DNA of 64,000 nucleotides from Oculina patagonica (Eukaryota): NCBI RefSeq assembly GCF_052425735.1, contig NC_135771.1, positions 9,672,001 to 9,736,000 of the forward strand, read 5' to 3'. Shown piece by piece: positions 1 to 11,308 of this stretch (position 1 is its first letter; each line of letters starts with the position of its first letter). The notes under the pieces were generated by a model. It saw only the letters and a program-made list of their open reading frames with translations, ran no database searches and was not told where the DNA came from. The position numbers and the translations under genes were made by a program.

Positions 1-286
1 AGACTGCGAGACTATCAAAGACTATCAAAGACTATCAAAGACTGCGAGTCATGGCCCAGCCGTTAGTTGTTGTTGTTGTTGCTTTTCTTTTTTGCCTGTC
101 GCATTTCTGCGCAAAATAGAACGCTTTCATTGTCATTGACAAGAAAATGATTGTCTTGAACAAAAAACAACGGCTTGTGCATGTTCCTTTGCAATCAAAA
201 CTGGTCTCCTGGGTAATTCTACTAAATCCACTAATAGTAGATGATTAGCATATGGAGTGGTGTTATGCGAAACATCTCTAATAGTC

Positions 287-1012
287 TTGTCATGAATGAA
301 TTCTTTGAACGCATTTTGAAATGAATGTATGACCAATACAGAGAATTTGTACCTTGCCTTTTGTTTAATAAGTTTGCTAGAACAATGAATAAAGAAGCAC
401 CGTATTTTCAGGGATTAATAAAACTGCGTTGAAAGATCTTTATAAAACTCAATGGTAGTTTATAGTTAGTTTCTTAACTCAACGATCAACTTAAAGGACA
501 GGAAAAATGTATTGAACCTGCGAATGTTCCGAGCACCAATCACTGCGATTACCTGGCCAGGAACTCCGTAGCCAGTTTACGATGACATCTTCAAATCACT
601 TAAAGACCGACGCGAAAATGAGGATTAACTGAATAAGGTACGCCGTCGTAAATAAACTAATTGAAGTGTTTTTACGACCCGCCTTGTCTGATCTTTGTGT
701 CGCACCATGTAAAGGAATCCAAGAGAGTCTTGTATTGGATAATACAGATTCCCCACCGCGGTTTCCGGATTTCAACGACTGGATTCCGGATTCCATGCCT
801 GTGGATTCGGGATTCTAAACTTTGCGAAATTCGGGATTCCAAAACTTTTTCGCTCTTTTCTTTTTATTGTTTATTAGTATTTCATGGGAGACGTGTTGGT
901 CTAATAATCTTGTCATGAATGAATTCTTTGAACGAATTTTGAATTGAATGTATGACCAATACAAAGAATTAATGACTTGCCTTTTGTTTAATAAGTTTGC
1001 TAGAACAATGAA
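287..1012 (+). repeat. ~625-bp repeated module 'M' with several direct and inverted copies per unit
   Basis: CTTGTCATGAATGAATTCTTTGAA recurs at 287 and ~910. There is a reverse-complement copy at ~5724-6250 and forward partial copies at ~6250-6566 and ~7840-8340. The module contains a GGATTCC-rich MITE-like segment. Confidence 0.85.
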
Positions 1013-1517
1013 TAGATCTTCTTGATTGTTCTTTCATTCACCCTAACGACAACCAATATCAGCGTTAGGGTCGAGCAATATGTCTGCCCTGTGTGAACTT
1101 TGTGTGTCTTTTTCGCTTTAGTAGAAGAAAGAAGGAACAAAACATTATGCAGCCAATAAACACATCAAGCTTATTAGAGATGTTTCGCTTTCGCATAAGA
1201 CCACTCCATATGGTAATGATCTACTATTAGTGCGTGGGTTTAGTAGAAATACAAAGAAGACCAGTTTTGATCACAAACCGAACATGCAACAGCCTTTGTT
1301 CTTGCTCAAGACGATCATTTTCTTGTCGATCAAAATGAAAGCGTTCTATTTGCGTATGAATGAATGATATAGGTTCTTACTGACAGCGCATTTACAAAGC
1401 TCAATGCACTTCACAATTAGAATTATGGAATGAGACCGGACATCAGTATATCAGGCGCCTTTGACAGCCGCTACCCGTCCATGCGTATATGATCTCGCCC
1501 CACCAGGTCCACCCAAA

Positions 1518-1938
1518 GCCCGGGGGGGGGGGGGGTACTCAAAAAAGGTTTTATACGGTGAGGCTCCGCCCCAAGTTCTAACCCCTTACCCTTTTATATA
1601 CCATTTTTGACAGAAATTGTACCCCTTTCGTATACCTTTCACTGAAAAAGGTGCCCCTTTCATATACCTAAAAGACATGGCGTGGACTTAAAATAGGACG
1701 TTTTCTTGTCATTTTTATGTAGCGCTTAATAAATTTAATTAATACAGCCATAAATAACCTCTGTTCGAAATATTTTAATTAAAGGCCCTTTTAAATAGCC
1801 AAATGGCAGATTTACATACCTTTTCATATACTTAAACTCGTGAAATCCCTACCCTTTTATATACCTGAAGCATGAAAAAGGTACCCCTTTCGGGCGGAAC
1901 CTGCCCGTATAGGCCATTATAGGGAGTACCCCCCGGGC
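1518..1938. mobile_element. MITE with GCCCGGGG..GTACTC terminal inverted repeats and a 7-bp target duplication
   Basis: Ends GCCCG(n)TACTC and GAGTAC(n)GGGC, flanked by ACCCAAA (1511-1517, 1939-1945). Unit C shows the empty site near 18330. Confidence 0.88.
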
Positions 1939-1952
1939 ACCCAAACTATAGA

Positions 1953-2154
1953 TACATGTGGATAGGCCAGACCACAACACCGGGGACTCCGTGCCCGACT
2001 CTTTACGATTTGTGTGTGGGTTCTTTAACGGCCCCTGCTGATCATGACACTGGAGATGCAGGAGACAGGGCCTATGGTTTCAGTATCGCCCTTATCCGAG
2101 AAGACTAGAACGTATAGCAATTTGCAAATGTCACTACAAAGGCAGCACGTTCTT

Positions 2155-2190
<36 letters not shown>

Positions 2191-2268
2191 TAGATCTGGC
2201 CGGGAGTCGAACCCGAGACCTCCTGCACGACAGTCCGGCGCTCTACCAACTGAGATAACCGCTCGGCG
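1953..2268 (-). mobile_element. tRNA-derived SINE (also at ~10221-10530, ~18343-18651, ~28705-29020)
   Basis: Minus strand reads TATCTCAGTTGGTAGAGCG (A box) ... GGTTCGACTCCC (B box), followed by ~250 bp of non-tRNA body. Confidence 0.8.
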
Positions 2269-2639
2269 TTGTTTATATTTTAGTCTCACTCAGTAAAAAG
2301 CAATGATTAAGCTGTAGAATCCAATCTTCGTCGTTCCTCAAAGAGAGCGCTGTCTGATAGTAGCTAGGAGTAACGAGAATAACATATTTTACTGTCATTG
2401 ATCAATAAATTCTAAAAGCAGCGTACCCTGTGGCTAGAAGAATGCAAATCGCGCAATTCCAGAGAAGCTTATTTGCAGTATAGGAATTGCAGATACTGTG
2501 CTTGGGTTTCCAGTGATGCTCGAAGCGAGTCTTAAAACTTTAACTCTTGAAACTGCTCTCACGAGCTGCAAATACCCGTATATAAACAAAGGCCTCCATT
2601 TGGCGCGAATATATGCACTGATATTTGTCCGCAGACATT

Positions 2640-3273
2640 TAATGGCTGCGGTCACATCTACGACTGGTGACGGTGTCCCTTTAGTCCATGAGTCCAAGTC
2701 TCAAGTTACGTGACGTCATACCTAACTATAGTTAGTGCTTTCGGTCGTCTTTGCGGTCACACCAATGCAGTTAACTATAATTAGTTCTGATAAGTTGTGA
2801 ATAATTTGGTATTTAAATTAGTTCATGACAGCCCTTGTTGTTTATTTGTGTCCAGTTGTTCCTCTATTTTTTCTATTTTTGGACGGCATTTCGGCGTTGA
2901 AGAAAATAAAATGAAGTAAGGATGCTAGAAACAGAAGAATTCAAGCTTTATTTTTGCTAACATTGGTGATATGTAATTTCGTGGCATGTTGTTTTTCTTG
3001 TTTTCCTTCCCTTGTCGCTTTGTTTTGCATGTTTATGTTCATCTCGCACGTGCGAAAAGAATTGTCGCATTCTGATTGGTTTTTCGTTTGTAAACTTAAG
3101 ACTAACCCATGAACCTTGCTTGGGTATAACTATAGTTAGTGTGTATTGTTTTGGATCAGCGAGGCGTAAATTTTCTAACTATAGTAAGAGCGAACAGAGA
3201 AGCGGTCACATTAGCGAAATAGCTAACTATAGTTAACGCCGTCCTAACTGTCTAGATGTGACCGCAGCCATTA
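2640..3273. mobile_element. Non-autonomous DNA transposon with 21-bp TIRs, nested in a smaller MITE (also 20392-21027 and in unit D; absent from B)
   Basis: TAATGGCTGCGGTCACATCTA ... TAGATGTGACCGCAGCCATTA, with multiple internal TAACTATAGTTA palindromes. Empty site near 11372. Confidence 0.88.
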
Positions 3274-3645
3274 TCTGTTCCGAGAAGCTAACAGTATTCA
3301 GAGAGCGAAACTCGAGGTAAATTGCGATCTTTGAGGAACAGATAATGTCCAAGGACAAATATCAGTGCATATTTTTGAAGTCAAATGGAGGCTATTGTGT
3401 TTATTATCCTTCAAATATTTTTACACGAGGCCGCTAATTTTCGGGAGGTCTTTTTCAAAAGATTTTTAACATCGAAGTAATTTTGTTGTGTTTAGCTTTT
3501 TTAAAATGTTCAGTTTTATCCAATTTAGAAATTTGTTCGAGATGAAAACTAAAGGTGCAAATGTAAAACGCAAAGTTCGAAAACTGGAGAATATTACTTG
3601 GGGAATATCACATGTGGGTGATATTCCCACAGGTGAAATTCTTTG

Positions 3646-3903
3646 ACACCCCTCTGTAACAGACCCAGTGGAATCTGAAAAAAGTCACTGGGTTGGCGAA
3701 TTTCCCACTGGATCGCTTTATTTGGGCTCGTTTCTAAAGTAGGTTTATTCGACATAAGTCACAACGCACAGTCACTGGGGAAGCACAAAAATAGGCGGGT
3801 TAAATCAAAATATTCGCTGGGTACCGGGGAGACTAAATTTTCACTGGGTAGGGGAAAATAATCCACTGGGTCGGGTTCCAGTGGGTCTGTTACAGAGGGG
3901 TGT
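3646..3903. mobile_element. MITE with ~28-bp TIRs, present in all four units
   Basis: ACACCCCTCTGTAACAGACCCA ... TGGGTCTGTTACAGAGGGGTGT, flanked by TCTTTG direct repeats. Confidence 0.85.
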
Positions 3904-4027
3904 TCTTTGGGTGTTTTTAATAAAAACAATTATTCCACTCGTGCTAGTTGGATATGATATAGGTATAGCTAACTCGGCGCTCCGTAGCTATCTACCATCT
4001 CATATCCAAGGCGCGCTCATGGACTAA

Positions 4028-4403
4028 AGGGACGCCGTCACCAGTTCCACTTCATCAACTTAAGATCTTAAAGACATAAGGAATCTACGAATAGTGATCC
4101 AATTTTGTTAAAAATCACCATGCAAGTGTACTGAAGCGATAAACAAATGATATTATTGTGATGCTATCAGGAACTTTAGATCTCAACTTGAAAAAGTCAG
4201 GCTGATTTTGTCAATTGCAAGTTTTGTCCTTGTGGACTGGAAAATCACCTCAAATTATTATGTCTCCCGTCTTTCTTCAACTGAACAATTTACTTTATAT
4301 CTCCATCTTGATGTACTAGGTGCATTTTTTGTACGAGAAGACCTATTCGCCAATTTTAGTACTTTTTACCAAAAAGCATTAAAATCTCCGTAACAGTGTC
4401 CCT
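4028..4403. mobile_element. TTAA-targeting MITE (Kolobok-like), present in all four units
   Basis: AGGGAC(A/G)C...GTGTCCCT termini followed by TTAA. An independent copy lies at 47001-47365. Confidence 0.8.
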
Positions 4404-6927
4404 TTAATTAATATTCCCCAGTTTTTGGTAACATAATTATTCATTCAAAACGCACCTTTATGTAGTTAATAAATTTAAATTTATCCTTTGCTTATAAATA
4501 AGTTTCACGTTGGTTTTAAAAGGCAGATTTTAAACACTGCTAATGGAAATATTTATAGTTATGGCCTAGTGGCTCATTTATCCGCAATATGACTTGTTAT
4601 ATATAATTAAGAACACTTCTTTGAGAAAGTGAATCAAACTTGGAAATGAAAAATTGGAACACCCCTTAACCGTAACCGATAATTTAATAAACATAACCGA
4701 TAATTTAATAAACATGCATAACAATCTGTCAAGACGATCATTTTCTTGTCGATCAAAATGAAAACATTCTATTTTCCGTTAAAATGTGACAATTTATCGG
4801 CCTAAAAAAATAAACCAAAAACGGCTTTGCGTTCCTCGGGAACTTCGGGGATTTAACCTCTATAAATTAAAGTCAATTAATTTCTTGGGCCTTCTATCGA
4901 AGTATCCAACTACGTTGGGAAATGATCGCTATTCACCCCTCAGAACGAAAAAGAAAAAGAAAGACAAAGAGAGAATCACCCGGCTGATAATTACATGTAT
5001 TGTCAACGTCAAAACCAAAACAGAGACCTATTAATTCCAAGTACAACTATGAATTAGAGCACCCAGACAAAACCAAAATTGATTTTACCAACCATTTTAT
5101 CTGCGTTCAGAAAATCAACAAGATTTCAACTAGGAACGGTCTCTTGCGCTCGGGAACGAACACATACTCATGGAATTTTTGAACACGGCACATTTACACC
5201 CAAAACACTTTTCAGCTAATGAAAGAGATTATTTGGACGGAAAAGCAATTAGTTTTGAACTTCGTCCAAATTCCAATCCTTTGTTTGCCATCAATACACG
5301 CCCACCTCCATGATCGCAATGACGTGTCTGTACAGAAAACAAAACAAATGATAATGGCACACATGAAGAAATTGATTGCGATATCTTTCCTTTTTTCTCA
5401 AAAGCACACTACTTATTCCATACAATCCCGAGTGGATCAGCAATAACCACCGTAAATCTACTAATGAAACACAGCAACCCACTTCAAAATCACGGCCACA
5501 TACAACAAACAAGGATAATATTCGTACACTGTTACTGACACTTTCAGTCAAGTTGAGATAAACTTGAAAAATGTCGAACTGACGTTTTTCAAGTTAACCC
5601 AAACGCAATCCGTTTTAATCTTCTCGTATAGCGTTCAGTTACGTTTTTAATTTCCCATACATTTGTCTATAATTTCTCCCGCGAACCGCGTCAATCATGC
5701 GGAAATATGGAAATATCCGCTGGTTACGGAGTTTCTGGCCAGGTAATCGCAATGATTGCTGCTCGGAACATTCGCAGGTTCAATACATCTTTGTCGTCCT
5801 TTAGGTTGATTAATTGAGTTAAGAAACTAACTGTAAACTACCATTATTGAGTTTTATAAAGATCTTTCAACGCGGTTTTTTAATCCCTGAAAATACAGTG
5901 CTTCTTTATTCATTGTTCTAGCAAACTTATAAAACAAAAGGCAAGTCATTAATTTTCTGTATTGATCATACATTTATTTCAAAGTGCTTTAAAAGAATTC
6001 ATTCATGACAAGATTATTAGGCCAAAACGTCTCCCATGAAGTACTAATAAACACTTAAAAAAAAAGCTAAAAAGGTTTGGAATCGGGAATTTCGCAAAAT
6101 TTAGAATCCCGAATCCTCAGGACATGGAATCCAGAATCCAGTCGTTGAAATCCGGAAGCCACGGAGGGGAATCTGTATTATCCAATAGAATAGAATAGAA
6201 ACTTTATTGACGTGAACAATACAAGACTCTCTTGGAGTCCTTTACATGAGACGCCCCAAGTAAAGGAATCCAAGAGTCTTGCATGCGATAATAAGGACTC
6301 TCCACCGTGGTTTCCGGATTTCATCGACTGGATTTCGGATTCCATGTCTGTGAATTCGGGTTTCCGCTAAACTTTGTGAAGTTCCGGATTCCAAACCTTT
6401 TACGTTCTTTTTGTTATTGTTTATTGTAGTATTCTTAGGGAGACGTGTTGGCCTTGTCATGAATTCGAATGAATTCTTTGAAAGCACTTTGAAATGAATG
6501 TATGGTCATGACTAATACAAAGAATTTATGCCTTGCCTTTTATTTGCTAGAACAATGAATAAAGAAGGGGTTTAAGGGTTAAAGGGATTATTTATTTAAC
6601 TGTTTACCGACCAGAGGTATACCTCACTAACCACATTTATTTTTATTTGTCTTTGTCCTGATGTTTAGGATTTGTTTACCTTCCATGAATGAAGAAAAAC
6701 CAGCGGGTTTAAAGCAATTTAAGTCAGTAAAATGTAATCCGCACAACAACTGCGCGCTACAACAGATCTTTATGCATGTTTATTAAATTATTGGTTACAA
6801 ATATGCATACTACAATAAAAAAGACTTCGCTTCCAAATGAATTAAGATACAAAATTGGTTACACAAATTGAAAAGACTGAATCTTATCTCGAAAATTTAA
6901 AGCTCACAAAACAGTCTTGGTGGTCAT

Positions 6928-7188
6928 TCAGTAATAGCAGGTTCTGCGATGTCCGTCAAAGGAACAAATCTGGCATTGGTATTTCACTCCATTGAAATCT
7001 GAGGGGCACCCGGTGTTACAGCACTCGCTAGAACTGCTGCATTCCGCTCCCTTCTCTTTGCAACCCCGGCGGGACAACACCCACTTTCGGAACACGTCTG
7101 GTTCATAATAGCGATCGTCATCACGAGCCGACACCAGTGCAATCACACAAATGGTCAGCAGACACACCAAGAGCAAGGAGTACTTCAT
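6928..7188 (-). CDS. Secreted cysteine-rich (knottin/ICK-like, toxin-like) peptide precursor, copy 1, 86 aa
   Basis: ATG at 7188, 2 nt after a splice acceptor (TTTTTTTGTCTAACAG|ACATG). Sequence is MKYSLLLVCLLTICVIALVSA (signal) + RDDDRYYEPDVFRKWVLSRR (propeptide, dibasic site) + 45-aa mature peptide with C-x6-C-x5-CC-x3-C-x10-C-x2-C-x8-C. AATAAA on the minus strand at 6779-6784. Confidence 0.9.
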   Translation of the reverse strand: MKYSLLLVCLLTICVIALVSARDDDRYYEPDVFRKWVLSRRGCKEKGAECSSSSECCNTGCPSDFNGVKYQCQICSFDGHRRTCYY

Positions 7189-7190
7189 GT

Positions 7191-7790
7191 CTGTTAGACA
7201 AAAAAATTGACGTAAATTATTAATAATAAGGCCAGTTAATAAAAAACAATTTACCAACAGTAAGGATTATAATCGTACAAATCGAAGTGTCCACGTTGAT
7301 ATGTGCGATGTCGTGTGCTCGACTAGTGCGGTAAGTCCACGTGTGTACGCGCATTAAATCGAGGTCGATAACATGAAAACGAGGCATTTTGCTAACTCCA
7401 AAATTTCCCCTGGTATATGCTGGACACCAAGTATGTGCACAGGAAACCAAACGAAATAAGGAAAGCGTTCTCCTTCGTCGAACGTGATCAGTCTAACAGA
7501 TAAATCAAATTAAACAACGCTTCACTTTGTCTATCAGTTTAATAATTATATTTGCAGCCGACAATCGGCGGGAATTTAGAAAAAAATCTTTTACGACTTC
7601 CCTTTTATTTTAACTCACCTGTGTTGCAGGACGTTTTCCGGTTTCTTCTGCAAAGGAAAGATTTGACACCACTAAGGCGAGGCGAGAATTTTGATGCTGG
7701 GTTTTACTGCTCAAATGACTCTCAAACTTTGTAGCGTCCTTACTTATACAACAAACCATAAAGCCAGGCAACGCATTGTGATTGGTTGTA
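7191..7790 (-). promoter_or_regulatory. Putative 5'-UTR intron, non-coding exon 1 and core promoter of the peptide gene (repeated in units B and C)
   Basis: Minus strand shows CCAAT (7781-7785), TATA-like TATAAG (7743-7748), donor CAG|GTGAGT (intron starts at 7618) and acceptor AG ending at 7191, giving a 428-bp intron. Confidence 0.55.
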
Positions 7791-10423
7791 ATGGAAGCCT
7801 ATTGAAATCGGCATTACTCAATACCGGTGGCGGCATCCTTTCAGGGATTAATAAAACCGCGTCGAAAGATCTTTATAAAACTCGATGGTAGTTTCTTAAC
7901 TCGATAATCAACCTAAAGACAACAAAAATGTATTGAACCTGCGAATGTCGCGAGCACCAATCACTGCGATTACCTGGCCAGGAACTCCGTAGCTAGCGGG
8001 ACGTGATTAGTTTACGATTACATCTTCAAAACACTTATAGACCGACGCGAAAATGAGGATTAACTGAATTAGGTACGGTCGTAAATAAACTAATTAAAGT
8101 ACTAGTGTTTTTACGACCCGCCTTGTCTGATCTTTGTGTCGCACCATGTAAAGGAATCGAAGAGAGTCTTGTATTGGACATTACGGATTTCCCACCGTTT
8201 TTCGGGATTTCAACGACTGGATTCCTGATTCCATGTCTGTGGATTGGGGATTCTAAACTTTGCGAAATTCGGGATTCCAAAACTTTTTCGCTCTTTTCTT
8301 TTTATTGTTTATAAGTACTTCACGGGAGATGTGTTGGCCTAATAGAGATGTTTCGCATAAGCCCACTCCATACGCTAATGATCCGTTATTAGTGGATTTA
8401 GCAGAAATACCCAGGAGACAACCCTTTGCTTTGTTTTAAAGGACGGGAATAGAACTTTGTTGGGCAGATTGTTTAATTGTCGTTAAAAAAACAACCTTGC
8501 AGTTGAAAACTTATGGTGCCATCCTAGATGGTTTCGGCCAGCCAACTATCGCACAGAGGCACGCTGTACAAAAGTAACGTTGAGTGAACGTAAAAAAGCG
8601 TAAGATGCTTTGAACGTATTTTTCATTTAAAGTTAACCGTTATTCCAGTGGGAATATGACATAGAATCGGAAATAAAGATGATTTAATGTGAGGTAACAT
8701 GAAACAATCACGGTTCGCAAGATTTTTTTATCAAAGACTGCGAGTCATGGCCCTGCCGTTAGTAGTTGTTGTTGTTGTTGCTTTTCTTTTTTGCCCGTGG
8801 CATTTCTGCGCAAAATAGAACGCTTTGATTGTAATTGACAAGAAAATGATTGTCTTGAACAAAAAACAAAGGCTTGTGTATGTTCCTTTGCAATCAAAAC
8901 TGGTCTCCTGTGTAATTCTACTAAATCCACTAATAGTAGATGATTAGCATATGGAGTGGTCTTATGTGAAACATCTCTAATAATCTTGTCATGAATGAAT
9001 TCTTTGAACGCATTTTGAAATGAATGTATGACCAATACAGAGAATTTGTACCTTGCCTTTTGTTTAATAAGTTTGCTAGAACAATGAATAAAGAAGCACC
9101 GTATTTTCAGGGATTAATAAAACTGCGTTGAAAGATCTTTATAAAACTCAATGGTAGTTTATAGTTAGTTTCTTGACTCAACAATCAACTTAAAGGACAG
9201 GAAAAATGTATTGAACCTGCGAATGTTCCGAGCACCAATCACTGCGATTACCTGGCCAGGAACTCCGTAGCCAGTTTACGATGACATCTTCAAATCACTT
9301 AAAGACCGACGCGAAAATGAGGATTAACTGAATAAGGTACGCCGTCGTAAATAAACTAATTGAAGTGTTTTTACGACCCGCCTTGTCTGATCTTTGTGTC
9401 GCACCATGTAAAGGAATCCAAGAGAGTCTTGTATTGGATAATACAGATTCCCCACCGTGGTTTCCGGATTTCAACGACTGGATTCCGGATTCCATGCCTG
9501 TGGATTGGGGATTCTAAACTTTGCGAAATTCGGGATTCCAAAACTTTTTCGCTCTTTTCTTTTTATTGTTTATTAGTATTTCATGGGAGACGTGTTGGTC
9601 TAATAATCTTGTCATGAATGAATTCTTTGAACGAATTTTGAAATGAATGAATGTATGACCAATACAGAGAATTAATGACTTGCCTTTTGTTTAATTAGTT
9701 TGCTAGAACAATGAATAAATCTTCTTGATTGTTCTTTCATCCAACCTAACGACAACCAATATCAGCGTTAGGGTCGAGCAATATGTCTGCCCTTTGTGAA
9801 CTTCGTGTGTCTTTTTCGCTTTAGTAGAAGAAAGAAGGAACAAAACATTATGCAGCCAATAAACACATCAAGCTTATTAGAGATGTTTCGCTTTCGCACA
9901 AGGCCACTCCATATGGTAATGATCTTCTATTAGTGCGTGGGTTTAGTAGAAATACAAAGGAGACCAGTTTTGATCACAGACCAAACATGCAACAGCCTTT
10001 GTTCTTGCTCAAGACGATCATTTTCTTGTCGATCAAAATGAAAGCGTTCTATTTGCGTATGAATGAATGATATAGGTTCTTACTGACAGCGCATTTACAA
10101 AGCTCGATGCACTTCACAATTAGAATTATGGAATGAGACCGGACATCAGTATATCAGGCGCCTTTGACAGCCGCTACCCGTCCATGCGTATATGATCTCA
10201 CCCCACCACCCAACCCATAGATACATGTGGATAGGCCAGACCACAACACCGGGAACTCCGTGTCCGACTCTTAACGATTTGTGTGTGGGTTCTTTAACGG
10301 CGCCTGCTGATCATAACACTGGAGATGCAGGAGACAGGGCCTATGGTTTCAGTATCGCCCTTATCCGAGAAGACTAGAACGTATAGCAATTTGCAGATGT
10401 CACTTCAAAGGTAGCACGTTCTT

Positions 10424-10459
<36 letters not shown>

Positions 10460-10857
10460 TGGCCGGGAGTCGAACCCGAGACCTCCTGCACGACAGTCCG
10501 GCGCTCTACCAACTGAGATAACCGGTCGGCGTTGTTTATATTTTAGTCTCACTCAGTAAAAAGCAATGATTAAGCTGTAGAATCCAAGTTTCGTTGTCCC
10601 TCAAAGAGAGCGCTGTCTGATAGTAGCTAGGAGTAACGAGAATAACATATTTTACTGTCCGTTGATCGATGAATTCTAAAAGCAGTGTACCCTGTGGCTA
10701 GAAGAATGCAAATCAGTTGCGCAATTCCAGAGAAGCTTATTTGCAGTATGGGAATTGCAGATACTGTGCTTGGGTTTCCAGTGATGCTCGAAGCGAGTCT
10801 TTTAAGAAAAAACTTTAACTCTTGAAACTGCTCTCACGAGCTGCAAATACCCGTATT

Positions 10858-11308
10858 TATACCATGCCATAGAAAATACAGCCAATCAGAATACAGGAAA
10901 GCCGTTGTATATTCGACGGTATTCAACCCAACCTTCCCATCGTGCGCTGCGATCTAATTCTCGATGAAATTTAGTGAGCGTATTTTCTATGGCATGGTAT
11001 AAAATAGTTACACAACACATATCCCTGACGAAGTTTGTAGTATCAAACGAAACGCGTAGGATCAATAAATCAACTCAAGCTGTCCTAGTCTTGTGCTGCT
11101 CACTGGATATTCATAAAAAATTAAAAAAAACTGCGATCTTATTCTCGATGAAATTTAGTGAGCGTATTTTCTATGGCATGGTATAAAATAGTTACACAAC
11201 ACTTTCTCGTATACACAGTCGCCTAAAGGCTCGTGTGTATACCGAGAAAATACAAGTGACTCGTGGGATATTCCATAGTATACCACTCGAAAGCGTTGCA
11301 TAACTAGT
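10858..11308. mobile_element. Unit-B-specific ~450-bp insertion with inverted repeats and an internal ~70-bp duplication
   Basis: Absent from A, C and D at CCCGTATATAAAC. TTATACCATGCCATAGAAAATAC has its reverse complement at ~10980 and ~11165. Confidence 0.75.

Noticed and set aside
2722-3236. Regularly recurring TAACTATAGTTA palindromes as a CRISPR-like array or homing endonuclease sites
   Set aside because: The motifs are only 12 bp, irregularly spaced and internal to a TIR element in a eukaryotic context. They are more likely transposase-binding subterminal motifs.
133-6487. Many 60-100 aa ORFs repeated in each unit
   Set aside because: They recur only because the DNA is duplicated. They lie in MITE, SINE or module-M sequence, vary by frameshift between units and have no recognisable domains.
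6928-7257. 109-aa ORF as listed, and identification as a SCRiP
   Set aside because: The first 23 codons lie in an intron and the real ATG is at 7188. The Cys framework has CC at positions 3-4 rather than the C-terminal CC of SCRiPs.
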